Assembly: GCA_964016885.1 (NCBI GenBank)
Contig: OZ024757.1
Span: 22,196,001 to 22,260,000, forward strand
Length of the DNA: 64,000 bases
DNA from: Eledone cirrhosa
Lineage: Eukaryota
Direction: 5' to 3'
Part shown: piece after piece, positions 1-11,659 of the stretch
How the letters are laid out: the number at the start of each line of letters is the position of its first letter
Numbering within the stretch: position 1 is the first letter of the stretch
Notes under the pieces: generated by a model
Told to the model about the DNA's origin: nothing
Databases searched by the model: none
Seen by the model: the letters and a program-made list of their open reading frames with translations, nothing else
Made by a program: the position numbers and the translations under genes

Positions 1-43
1 AACTTTTTTCTTCATAATTTTATATACATGTCCTCTGTTTCAG

Positions 44-448
44 GTCATCAAGCTGAACACCGATGGCTACATCTGCGTTCTGAGCGAGGTAGTAAAGCCC
101 TGGATCGATCAGGTAGCTGCAGGTAGGCCGTGCGTGTGGCAGCAAGACTCAGTGCCCTGCCTTACCAGCCGAAAGACCCAAGCCTGGCTGTCAGAGAACT
201 TCGTCGACCACACTTCACCTGACATCTGGCCTCCCAGCTCGCCTGACTGCAACCCCCTCGACTTCTTTGTGTGGGGCGCAGTGGAACGAGACACCAACAG
301 ATCTAACTGCAATACAAAAGACGATCTGAAGGCCAGGATCACAAGTACCTTTAGGGGCCTGAGATGGGGCACAGTGACGAAGGCCTGTAGCCAGTTCCAA
401 GGCCGCCTTGAGGCCGTCATCAAAGTCAATGGCGGGTTTATCGAGTGA
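44..448 (+). mobile_element. Tc1/mariner-superfamily transposase, C-terminal catalytic part (DD37D, maT-type)
   Basis: The frame from 44 reads VIKLNTDGYICVLSEVVKPWIDQVAAGRPCVWQQD...WPPSSPDCNPLDFFVWG...KACSQFQGRLEAVIKVNGGFIE*. There are 37 residues between the D of QQD and the D of NPLD. Confidence 0.9.
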
Positions 449-544
449 GATCGAAAGAACAAGCCATGAAGACAAACTGACCCAAGTTTGATAAATAAAT
501 CTTAAAAAATAAAACTACTGTGTTATTTTTTCATAGACAGTAAT

Positions 545-572
545 CTTGCGAACAGATATCGTCTGCACCCTA
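545..572. repeat. Probable right TIR of the maT element
   Basis: CTTGCGAACAGATATCGTCTGCACCC runs into (TA)n. The reverse complement begins TA-TAGGGTG, similar to maT CAGGGTG ends. Confidence 0.5.
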
Positions 573-1084
573 TATATATGTATATATATGTATATATGTA
601 TTTATATATGTATGTATGTGTATATGTATTGTTATTCTTTCACTTGAGGAAACAGGAAATGATCCAAAGACTAAAAGTTGAGTGGAATTACCACTCTTCA
701 ACACAAAGAATCTTTTGATTACAGGGTTTTATGCAAACTATCAATTGTAGGGGAAAGTTATGTTGGCATATTTACAATAGCAACAACAACAACAGTAACA
801 ACAATAACTATAACTAGGAGAGTTATAACAACAACAACAACTAGAAGAGTTATAACAACAACAACCACAACAAAAATAGCAGCTATAACAACAACAGCAA
901 CAACAACTATAGGTATATATTTCTGTAATTGCAAAGCAATGAAACAAAAGAGAAAGTTTGGTTTTGCAGTTTTGACATGGAATTGTCAAATTTATCAGCC
1001 AATGTAAAGTAGAAGTAGATATTGAAGAGTATCTCAGATAAACAAAACACTATTAACAATATCATTTACAATACTATTGTATTT

Positions 1085-1469
1085 TTGTGGTAAAGGCTTT
1101 ACCACACATAATTAACTCACATAACATTTACATTACTCTATATATACTATTATATTTTCATGGTAAAGGCTTTACCTCACATAATTATCTCACATAATAT
1201 TTACATTACTCTATATATACTATTGTATTTTCATGGTAACGGCTTTACCTCACATAATATCTCACATAATATTTACATTACTCTATATATACTATTGTAT
1301 TTTCATGGTAAAGGCTTTACCTCACATAATTATCTCTCATAATATTGAATCTACGAGATTTTGATATTATTTATTTTGAGAAAAATACCTTAACATCAGT
1401 ATGAGTGACCAGTTATGGCCAGTTTGAACAGATAGAGGTGAGAGAATTCTAGCTGGATATGCTAAAGGG
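1085..1469 (+). mobile_element. TTAA MITE copy with an internal ~73-bp segment triplicated; left end missing
   Basis: Ends in GCTAAAGGG|TTAA and is homologous to 62850-63059. Internal units start near 1088, 1162, 1235 and 1307. Confidence 0.8.
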
Positions 1470-1592
1470 TTAAAGGGAAGAGAGAAGGAAAGAAGGATCA
1501 AGCAGCATATGAAAGGGAGAGAGGGAGGGACAGTCACTACACTCCAGTCTGAGCTGTACCTCAGCTGTACCCCACAGACAAACCAGTAAAAG

Positions 1593-2237
1593 TGTTACCA
1601 CAAGGAATAGCCAGAGACACCCACTGCAACAGTCACCCCACCTCATGGGATTCCCTACTGATGTGGGACACTGTTACCACAGGGAATAGCTAGAGATACC
1701 CACTGTAAGAGTCACCCCACCTCATGGGATTCCCTACTGATGTGGGACACTGTTACCACAGGGAATAGCTAGAGACACCCACTGCAACAGTCACCCCACC
1801 TCATGGGATTCCCTACTGATGTGGGACACTGTTACCACAGGGAATAGCTAGAGATACCCACTGTAAGAGTCACCCCACCTCATGGGATTCCCTACTGATG
1901 TGGGACACTGTTACCACAGGGAATAGCTAGAGACACCCACTGCAACAGTCACCCCACCTCATGGGATTCCCTACTGATGTGGGACACTGTTACCACAGGG
2001 AATAGCTAGAGACACCCACTGCAACAGTCACCCCACCTCATGGGATTCCCTACTGATGTGGGACACTGTTACCACAGGGAATAGCTAGAGACACCCACTG
2101 CAACAGTCACCCCACCTCATGGGGTTCCCTACTGATGTGGGACACTGTTACCACAGGGAATAGCTAGAGACACCCACTGTAAGAGTCACCCCACCTCGTG
2201 GGGTTCCCTACTGATGTGGGACACTGTTACCACAGGG
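1593..2237. repeat. 79-bp minisatellite, about 8 units
   Basis: The unit TGTTACCACAGGGAATAGCTAGAGACACCC...GTGGGACAC recurs every 79 bp (1593, 1672, 1751 ... 2225). Confidence 0.95.
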
Positions 2238-2749
2238 ACAACTTGATAAAATCCGACCTCACACACTTACGCCTCTCCAAGACAATGTCACTGGACCGAG
2301 ATCTCTGGCGCTACACAGTAATACAGAAGACCCACCTTGCCTAAGTACAAAGTGAAACCTACTACAGTCAGTAGGCACCTCTAACAAAAATACACCCCCC
2401 GTCCCACTACCCCCACCCCATCCACACCACCCCCTTTCGATGTAAAGTTATGTTGGTACCACAACATCCAGTCCTAAACAAATGAGGTCGTGTAGGTGTC
2501 ACGACAAAAAAAACACACAGTCCACGCTGTAATGTGGCCGTGTAGGTAACACGGTAAAAACCTCCCAGTTCCACACTGTAAATGTGGTTGGTGTTAGGAA
2601 GGGCATCCAGCTGTAGAAAACCCGCCTGACAGTCCTATACAAGCAAGACAACCACTCTTGCCTCAAGTGGGAACAATTCCCATCCAGACCCATGCTAGCG
2701 TGGAAGATGGACGTTAAACGATGATGATGATGATGATGATGATGATGAT
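2236..2749 (+). mobile_element. RTE-clade LINE 3' end (ORF C-terminus, 3' UTR, (GAT)n tail)
   Basis: Encodes DNLIKSDLTHLRLSKTMSLDRDLWRYTVIQKT and ends GGACGTTAAAC(GAT)n. Homologues lie at 29004-29430 and 47898-48435. Confidence 0.85.
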
Positions 2750-3019
2750 ATAAATAAATAAATATATATATATTTATATTACGAAAAGAAGAAGATTGTT
2801 TGTATTGTTGTTATAGTTACTATTGCTGTTGTGAATGTTGTTGTTGTTAATATTGTTGTTGTTGTTGTTGTTACTGTTGTAGTTGTTGTTGTTTCATTAT
2901 TGTTGTTACTGTTGTTGTTGTCCTTATTTGTGACTGTAGATAAGTATAATATTTCTAATGTCATTAGTGAAACAAAAGCAGTAACAATGAAGTCAGCTTC
3001 AACACACAGCAGACATATG

Positions 3020-3028
3020 TCTCTCTTA

Positions 3029-3063
<35 letters not shown>

Positions 3064-4960
3064 CCTCACACCTCTCTCGGCTCTCTTCTGTGTCTCTCTC
3101 ACCGCTCTCTCTTGCATCTCTCTCTCTCTCTCGTCTCACACCTCTCTCAGCTCTCTTCTGTGTCTCTCTCACCGCTCTCTCTTGCATCTCTTCTGTGTCT
3201 CTCTTCTGTGTCTCTCTCACTGCCCTCTCTTGCATCTCTCTCTCGTCTCACACCTCTCTCAGCTCTCTTCTGTGTCTCTCCCACTGCTCTCTCTTGCATC
3301 TCTCTCTCGTCTCACACCTCTCTCAGCTCTCTTCTGTGTCTCTCTCACTGCTCTCTCTTGCATCTCTCTCTCATCTCTCACCTCTCTCAGCTCTCTTCTG
3401 TGTGTGTCTCTCACCGCTCTCTCTCTTGCATCTCTCTCTGTCTCTCGTCCCTCACACCTCTCTCAGCTCTCTTCTGTGTCTCTCTCTCTCTCTCGTCCCT
3501 CACACCTCTCTCAGCTCTCTTCTGTGTCTCTCTCACCGCTCTCTCTTGCATCTCTCTCTCTCTCGTCCCTCACACCTCTCTCAGCTCTCTTCTGTGTCTC
3601 TCTCACTGCTCTCTCTTGCATCTCTCTCTCTCGTCTCACACCTCTCTCAGCTCTCTTCTGTGTCTCTCTCACCACTCTTTCTTGCATCTCTCTCTCTCTC
3701 TCGTCCCTCACACCTCTCTCAGCTCTCTTCTGTGTCTCTCTCACCGCTCTCTCTTGCATCTCTCTCTCTCTCTCTCGTCTCACACCTCTCTCAGCTCTCT
3801 TCTGTGTCTCTCTCACCACTCTTTCTTGCATCTCTCTCTCTCTCTCGTCCCTCACACCTCTCTCGGCTCTCTTCTGTGTCTCTCTCACCGCTCTCTCTTG
3901 CATCTCTCTCTCTCTCTCGTCCCTCACACCTCTCTCGTCCCTCACACCTCTCTCGGCTATCTTCTGTGTCTCTCCCACCGCTCTCTATTACATCTCTCTC
4001 TCTCTATCTCGTCCCTCACACCTCTCTCGGCTCTCTTCTGTGTCTCTCTCACCGCTCTCTCTTACATCTCTCTCTCTCTCTCGTCCCTCACACCTCTCTC
4101 AGCTCTCTTCTGTGTCTCTCTCACCGCTCTCTCTTACATCTCTCTCTCTCTCTCGTCCCTCACACCTCTCTCGGCTCTCTTCTGTGTCTCTCTCACCGCT
4201 CTCTCTTAAATCTCTCTCTCTCTCGTCTCTCATCTCACACCTCTCTCGGCTCTCTTCTGTGTCTCTCTCTCGTCTCTCATCTCACACCTCTCTCGGCTCT
4301 CTTCTGTGTCTCTCTCACCGCTCTCTATTACATCTCTCTCTCTCTCTCGTCCCTCACACCTCTCTCGGCTCTCTTCTGTGTCTCTCTCACCGCTCTCTCT
4401 TACATCTCTCTCTCTCTCTCGTCCCTCACACCTCTCTCAGCTCTCTTCTGTGTCTCTCTCACCGCTCTCTCTTACATCTCTCTCTCTCTCTCGTCCCTCA
4501 CACCTCTCTCGGCTCTCTTCTGTGTCTCTCTCACCGCTCTCTCTTGCATCTCTCTCTCTCCCTCACCTCTCTCAGCTCTATTCTGTCTCTCTCTCACCAC
4601 TCTTTCTTGCATCTCTCTCTCTCTCTCGTCCCTCACACCTCTCTCAGCTCTCTTCTGTGTCTATCTCACCGCTCTCTCTTGCATCTCTCTCTCTCACCGC
4701 TCTCTCTTGCATCTCTCTCTCTCTCTCTCGTCTCTCACCTCTTTTCTGTGTCTCTCTCACCGCTCTCTCTTGCATCTCTCTCTCTCTCTATCTCGTCTCT
4801 CACACCTCTCTCTCAGTTCTCTCTCATGTCTCTCTCATCACTTTCATCTCTCTCACGGCTCTCTCTCATCTCCCCCCCCCATCTCTCCCTCATCTCTCAC
4901 CCTCATCTCCCACCTCATATGTCTCTCTCATCTCCCCCATCCCTCCCTCTCACCACCACC
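3020..4960. repeat. CT-rich minisatellite (~60-bp unit)
   Basis: Repeated CTCGTCCCTCACACCTCTCTCAGCTCTCTTCTGTGTCTCTCTCACCGCTCTCTCTTGCATCT(CT)n. Confidence 0.95.
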
Positions 4961-5157
4961 ACCCAGTCTCCCTCCTGTCTGTTCTTTAAACCTGGCAGCC
5001 ATTAGCCATGTATTTCTGTCATGTCCTCCTTTGTTTAGTAAGATCATCAGGTCGTGGCTTTGGTAAAGGCACAAAAGGGGAGCTGTGCCAACTTAGAGTC
5101 AGCAGAACACAAATGACTTTCGGCAATCCATAAAACAGCAGCCAAATGATGAGGTTG

Positions 5158-5555
5158 GAGGTGGTGTGCTGGTGGTGGTGGTGGTGGTGGTGGTGGTGGT
5201 GGTGGTGCTGCTGTTGTTGGTGGTGCTGTTGGTGGGGTGGGTGCTGATGTTGTAGTGGTGGTATGCTGGTGGTAGTGGTGTTGGTGGGGTGGGTGATGAT
5301 GGTGTAGTGGTGGTATGCTGGTGGTGGTGGTATGCTGGTGGTGTGCTGGTGGTGGTGGTGGTGGTGGTGGTGGTGGGGTGGGTGATGATGGTGTAGTGGT
5401 GGTATGCTGGTGGTGTGCTGGTGGTGATGGTGTAACGGTGGTATGCTGGTGTGGGTGGTGATGGTGTAGTGGTGGTGATGTTGGAGGTGGTGTGAGCGTG
5501 GTGTTGGTGTTGGTGGGGTGGGTGATTGTGGTGTAGTGGTGGTGACGTGGTGTAG
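5158..5555. repeat. (GGT)n-rich low-complexity tract
   Basis: Degenerate GGT/GAT triplets. Confidence 0.95.
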
Positions 5556-5627
5556 GGGTAAAAAATTCTTAGGAAACCTGCCTCAAACAAGTGTTTTGGC
5601 ATTTAACTTCTAAAATTACTATCATTA

Positions 5628-5764
5628 TTACGTCCCTTTACGATCTGAGTTCAAATCCCGCCGAGGTTCACTTTGCCTTTCATCCTTACGGGGTCGATAA
5701 AATAAAGTACCAGTAATGCACTGGGTAATTGCTGGCCTTGTGCCTAAAGTAGAAACAATTATTA
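5628..5764 (+). mobile_element. tRNA-derived SINE family A, partial (core GCCTTTCATCCTTACGGGGTCGATAAAATAAAGTACCAG)
   Basis: Has a B-box (GAGTTCAAATCCC) and the conserved central domain shared by more than 10 copies in this window. Confidence 0.85.
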
Positions 5765-5949
5765 AAATTATTAAATATTTCATTATTAAAATATTCTTAG
5801 CAAAAAGTCTTTACACCAAATTATTGCTGAAGGTTTTAACTGATAATATCAGCCAGGATGTTCTATATTTTCTTCAGGATCGTAATATTTCTACAAATAA
5901 GAATTGCAAATTTGTTTCTTTAATGTCATCACCATAGCTGTCAGTTGGT

Positions 5950-6345
5950 CAATGTGCTGACACAACAAAAATTACCCAGTCCAACCTACCAAATGGTAAT
6001 TTTGGTGCCACAATAAAATGCACCCAGTTCATGCTGTAAACTGGTCATTCTCATGTCATGATAAAAAGCACCCAGTCCACGCTGTAAAGTGGTCATGTTA
6101 GTGACACAACAAAAAGAACCCAGTCCAACCTGTCAATTGGTCATTTTGATGTCATGATAAAAAGCACTCAGTCCACACTGTAAATGTGGTTGGCATTAGG
6201 AAGGGCATCTAGACATAGACACCAAGCCGGAAAGAGTTCTATTTGAGTAAGACATGGTCATCTGATCTGATTTGACTCACAACAGCAGGACAACTAGTCT
6301 AACCTATGCTAGCTTGGGAAAATGGACATTGAATAATGATGAATC
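5950..6345 (+). mobile_element. Degenerate SINE/RTE 3' UTR with internal tandem subrepeats
   Basis: Repeated AAAAGCACCCAGTCCACACTGTAAA motifs, then TAGGAAGGGCATC and a GGACATT/(GAT) tail. Confidence 0.7.
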
Positions 6346-6504
6346 GAAAACGAATCTATGAAACTTCTTTTAAAAATATGCCTTGAGAATGTAATGAGGA
6401 AATAAAGCTGGATATGGAGACAAAACTGGAGTATAACAGCCCCTGGATTAAATAAAAATATAAATACTAACATATGTAGTATTAAAAAAAAAATTGCAAT
6501 TCTG

Positions 6505-7745
6505 AATTGTGACCCCAGTCAAACATTTATGACAAAGACTTTCCACAATCCAGGATTCCCCATTGTCCCTGGCAATTGCTTCCTACTGAGGTTTGTATCA
6601 TCTGAGAATTGATTGATGAATGTTCAATCAGGTCTTCCTCTACTGCATCATTGTGACTGTGGTTGAACATTCCTGACAAAATCTCCATTGTCCCTGGCAA
6701 TTGCTTTCTACTGAGGTTTGTATCATCTGAGAATCGCTCGATGAATGTTCAAGCAGGTCTTCCTCTACTGCATCATTGTGACTGTGGTTGAACATTCCAG
6801 ACAAAGTCTCGCCACAATTCACAATATTCCATTGTTTCTGGCAACTGCTTCTTACTGAGGAGGTTTGTATCGTCTGAGAGTTGATTGATGAAGGTTTCAG
6901 CAGGTCTTCCTCTACTCTATCTCCTGTGAGTTGGTTCCCACAATAGTAGCTTGTGTATAACTTCCTGCTTACTTCCCCATCAATGTCCTGCAAATTGTAA
7001 CTGTCTTTGAGCAATTGTAGTTGTTATCTTGGGCAAGTTTTCATGTAAACTTTCATTTGTAATATATTGACAACAGTTTATGTTTTGTACAACCCTAAGT
7101 ATTTTAATGTATGTATGTACCATCTAGTTTCTTCTCAAGTGCTTGTGTCAGGGTCCATGCACCTGATCCATACAACAACACTGACTCAAGTGCTTGTGTC
7201 AGGGTCCATGTACCTGATCCATACAACAACACATGCTCAAGTGCTTGTGTCAGGGTCCATGTAAACTGATCCATACAACAACACTGACTCAAGTGCTTGT
7301 GTCAGGGTCCATGTACCTGATCCACACAACAACACTGACTCAAGTGCTGGTGTCAGGGTCCATGTACCTGATCCATACAACAACACATGCTCAAGTGCTT
7401 GTGTCAGGGTCCATGTAAACTGATCTATACAACAACACTGACTCAAGTGCTTGTGTCAGGGTCCATGTACCTGATCCATACAACAACATGCTCAAGTGCT
7501 TGTGTCAGGGTCCATGTAAACTGATCTATACAACAACACAGGCTCAAGTGCTTATGTCAGGGTCCATGTAAACTGATCAATACAACAACACTGGCTCAAC
7601 AGATGTTCTGAAAAATGATATTTTTTCTTTTTCTGGTTAGATCCGACTTCCATCTCCTTTTATTTTGTTCATTACAGCCCAGACTTTGGAAATTCTAATG
7701 TCAATGTACTTTTTTGATGAATTCATCCAGCAGCTCGATTAATTT
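6505..7745 (-). mobile_element. Decayed RTE-clade LINE ORF C-terminal region with internal tandem amplifications
   Basis: The minus strand encodes WKSDLTRKRKISFFRTSVE, SVLLYGSGTWTLTQALEKKLDG and ITNESLHENLPKITTTIAQRQLQFAGH*...LLLWEPTHRR*SRGRP. This is homologous to 61466-62044. Confidence 0.85.
7134..7599. repeat. 51-52-bp minisatellite (~9 units) derived from RTE coding sequence
   Basis: Unit CTCAAGTGCTTGTGTCAGGGTCCATGTACCTGATCCATACAACAACACTGA; its reverse complement encodes SVLLYGSGTWTLTQALE. Confidence 0.95.
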
Positions 7746-8994
7746 AAATAGAATAGGAACCCTTTAGAATATGTGGGTGTATTTTATAGAACCAGAGCTG
7801 GTACTGTACAGGAAGATTGGCATCAAAATGGTTAAAATAATTTACAATAATCACTTTGTTTATTTTGAATAAATGAGAAAGCAAGAGGTTGGATCAACCT
7901 TCAGACACGATAATAAAACACAACTAAAACCCAAATGATGCTGTTCAACCAGCATTTTAATTAGAGAGGTAGAACTATCTTGTATCAGCTATCAATTACT
8001 TAGGAATGATTATACTGTCCAAATGTAATGACATATCTCAGACAATTGCAGAAAATAATTGAAATTCTCACAAATTGAGAAGATTTTACTTGGATTTAAT
8101 CAGATTGAATTAACATGGAAAAGAAGAATAGATTATGGTTTGCAAATTGAAATACTTGCAAAACAGACTTAGATTTCATTCTCTCAATTGAAGAACACTT
8201 TTACAGGGAATTTCGTTTCTTAGATTTATTTTGTTTTTCTTATTCAATTCAATTCCATGTGATGCAAATGTAAGACCATTAAAAGAATCTTCATTCATTA
8301 TATATATATATATCTTAATTCTACTGTGTCATTTGCTTTGTTATTTCTGTTTACTTTTTACATATATATATATATTCAAATACATCATCGCTCTCTCTCT
8401 CTCTGTATGTATGTATATATATATATACATATATGTGTGTATATATATATATATATATTAATTTCCTTATATTTTACTTATTTCGTTAAGTCATTTTACC
8501 GTTAACATGTGTAAGCTTTGTATCAATCCTACACAACTAATCAGAAGACAGAAGAAGAAAGAAGTGAATAAACCTGCAAACATGATTGGCTGATTGAAAG
8601 AGTGAACAATAAAGAAACAAACAAAACAAAATAAAAATATAAGTAAAAAAAAAGCAACAACACCACCACATCGGTCTAACAATTGCCTTTCAGTTAGCAA
8701 AATGGAATATGTTCATATGAAGATGCCGGCGCCATCAAGTGGTTAAAACATAGTCAGATGTTTTGAAAATAAAGTAAAAATTAAAATCTACCAATAATAA
8801 TAACAATAACGATAATAACAACAACAACAACAACAATAATGATGATGATAATAATAAAGTAATAATAAAATATGTATACCTAATAAACTGAATTATATAG
8901 AAGCCAGGAACGAAAATAGAAAATACTGGGTTTGACAAATAAAACAGTGAATGGTTATATTAAAGGTTTTAGAATATTAAATTAAAAAAACTAG

Positions 8995-9408
8995 CTCACC
9001 ACCACCACTACTACTACTACCACTACTACTATCACCACCACCACTACTACTACCATCACTACTACTATCACCACCACCACTACTATCCCCCACCACTACA
9101 ACTACCTCAACTATCACCACCACCACATCTACTACCACCATCACAACTACCAGAACTACCACCACTACTACTGCCACCATCACAACTATCACCACCACCA
9201 CTACAACTACCTCAACTATCACCACCACATCTATTACTACCACTACAACTACCACCATCACAACTACCACCACTACCACCACCACCACTACAACTCCCAC
9301 CACTACTACTGCCACCATCACAACTATCACCACCACCACTACAACTACCTCAACTATCACCACCACCACTACTACTGCCACCATCACAACTATCACCACC
9401 ACCACCGC
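8995..9408. repeat. (ACC/ACT)n low-complexity tract
   Basis: Degenerate ACC triplets. Confidence 0.95.
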
Positions 9409-10277
9409 TGGTTATTATTCGAGAAATATTAACTATCTGTCCTTTACATATCACAATCTATTGTACTTTTAAACAAATGCCTCAATAGAATATGGAAAAC
9501 CTTTTGAAATTTTCTTTTTTTTTTTCTTCTTTCAAAAGACCTTTCTCTATATTTTCTGATTTTTCCATTTATTCTTCAGTTTTTTTTTGCTAAATTTCCC
9601 TAAATTTATCTTCACCTAACATTTTCTCTTGACTTAAATGCTTCTCCGAAGTATTTTTTGCAATTTCAATAGTAAAAAATCCTTGTATATCTGGTTTAGA
9701 ATAAGTACATTATATCACTGTGTATTGTAAGAAGGGACTAAAAGGATTAGTGTCTAGTGTGATGTTGAGCTGTGAAACTTGCCTCAAAAAGTCTTATCCA
9801 ATGACAGCATGGAATCTTGATATAAAAATGATGATGATGATGATACATATCATCATCATCATCATCATCATCATTTAACGAAAATGGCAATAAAGAACCC
9901 TCAACTGGCATGAAATTTGATGTACTTATTCACATGACAGTCACCAACCAAATTACACTTATAAAAAAACAACAATTTGAGCCACATTCTTTAAGGCAAA
10001 TACAATAAGAACTTTGGAACAGGAACTGGCGCGAAATTTGTTGTACTTATTCACATGACAGCCATTAACCAACCAAATTACTTTTTAAAAAAACCCAGCA
10101 ATTCGAGCCACTTTTTCACATAAAACAGAAAGAACTTTTGAACACAAAACAGATGCGAGACAAACCATAAACCCTCCATCTCAATTCTACTTTTGAAAAA
10201 CATAAGAACTGTGAAACCGGTAAAGGGAATAAATAAATATTCTTAAAAAGACTCCAGTTGCATTTTCAATTTGTTTT

Positions 10278-10311
<34 letters not shown>

Positions 10312-10316
<5 letters not shown>

Positions 10317-10520
10317 AACAAGTATGACCCTGACAGCAGAGCTCAAGCCGTTTCGACGGCTAATGCTGGACTAAAAAAAAAACAATGATTTTTTTAGTCC
10401 AGAATTAGCCGTCGAAACGGCTTGAGCTCTGCCGTCGGGGTCATACTTGTTCCTATTACCCACTCTACTACCTTAAGTGCGTTATGGTCCATCTGGTTCC
10501 TTACCACATTTCCTTCGTTA
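10312..10520. mobile_element. Fold-back element with a hammerhead 3' half on each arm
   Basis: Inverted repeat 10312-10456. The right arm reads GAAA-CGGC-loop-GCCG-TC-GGGGTCATAC. Flanked by (TA)n; second copy at 49808-49968. Confidence 0.7.
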
Positions 10521-10581
10521 TATATATATATGCTAGCGTGGAAGATGGATGTTAAACGATGATGATGATGATGATGATGAT

Positions 10582-10700
10582 GATTGTTATACTTGGGGAG
10601 GGTCATATTGTTGTAATACTATTGCCAGAAATAATAACAGAACACAATCACTGTTTGGTTGGTTTTCGCTTCTGTATCTTTTATATCTCCATAGTTAATT
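10582..10700 (-). mobile_element. Fragment of the 21264-21776 fold-back family
   Basis: ATTGTTATACTTGGGGAGGGTCATATTG matches 21266-21293 and encodes MTLPKYNN on the minus strand. Confidence 0.7.
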
Positions 10701-10737
10701 TATATATATATTTATTTGTTTATTTATCACTAACATA

Positions 10738-11305
10738 AAAAATAATAATTGCTTCTACATTAGGAACAAGGCCAGCAATTACCCAGTGCATTACTGGTAC
10801 TTTAATTTATCGACCCCGTAAGGATGAAAGGCAAAGTTAACCTCGGCAGGATAAAATAATTGTTTCTACTTTAGGCACAAGGCCAGCAATTACCCAGTGC
10901 ATTACTGGTACTTTATTTTATCGACCCCGTAAGGATGAAAGGCAAAGTTAACCTCGGCAGGATAAAATAATTGTTTCCACTTTAGGCACAAGGCCAGCAA
11001 TTACCCAGTGCATTACTGGTACTTTAATTTATCGACCCCGTAAGGATGAAAGGCAAAGTTAACCTCGGCAGGATAAAATAATTGTTTCCACTTTAGGCAC
11101 AAGGCCAGCAATTACCCAGTGTATTACTGGTACTTTATTTTATCGACCCCGTAAGGATGAAAGGCAAAGTTAACCTCGGCAGGATAAAATAATTGTTTCC
11201 ACTTTAGGCACAAGGCCAGCAATTACCCAGTGCATTACTGGTACTTTAATTTATCGACCCCGTAAGGATGAAAGGCAAAGTTAACCTCGGTGGGATAAAA
11301 TAATA
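10738..11305 (-). repeat. Tandem array of five 111-bp units of SINE family A 3' part
   Basis: The unit AAAATAATTGTTTCTACTTTAGGCACAAGGCC...AACCTCGGCAGGAT recurs at 111-bp spacing. Confidence 0.95.
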
Positions 11306-11659
11306 ATCATGTATAATTATTAAAAAATTTTCTACTTGAATTTTTTAGAGAATGGCTTCAAATTGCATATAGTTTAGGAGGGCGTCAGCAGGGGGAAAGT
11401 CCTGTCCTGGGTGTGGAATGTCAGAGAAGAATTACAAACCAGTTTTTGTAATTATTTCAAGTAATATATAGGATCCTGTCAAATGCCTGTTACTGTTTAA
11501 TCCCAGAATTGTTTCTCTCTTCTTTTCTGTTTGTTTTGTTCTTTTAGTTAATCATTGAAGGAAATTTAATTTAATTTAATTCACGGCTGTGGTTGGACGA
11601 CATAAATATTTCCTGGCCAAATCCATCATTTATCACTGAAGAGAATAATTTTTTTGTTC

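Noticed and set aside
1593-2237. CRISPR-like or tandem hammerhead array
   Set aside because: There are no unique spacers. The CTGATGT...GGAA motif deviates at essential core positions and the stems do not fit.
2831-5066. Long 724-aa and 658-aa ORFs
   Set aside because: They are translations of a stop-free CT minisatellite, open in several frames, with no domain.
6640-7014. 124-aa ORF with internal repeats resembling a host exon
   Set aside because: It is an alternative frame of a decayed, triplicated RTE C-terminus.
10738-11305. CRISPR-like periodicity
   Set aside because: Whole units are repeated and derive from a SINE; the context is eukaryotic.
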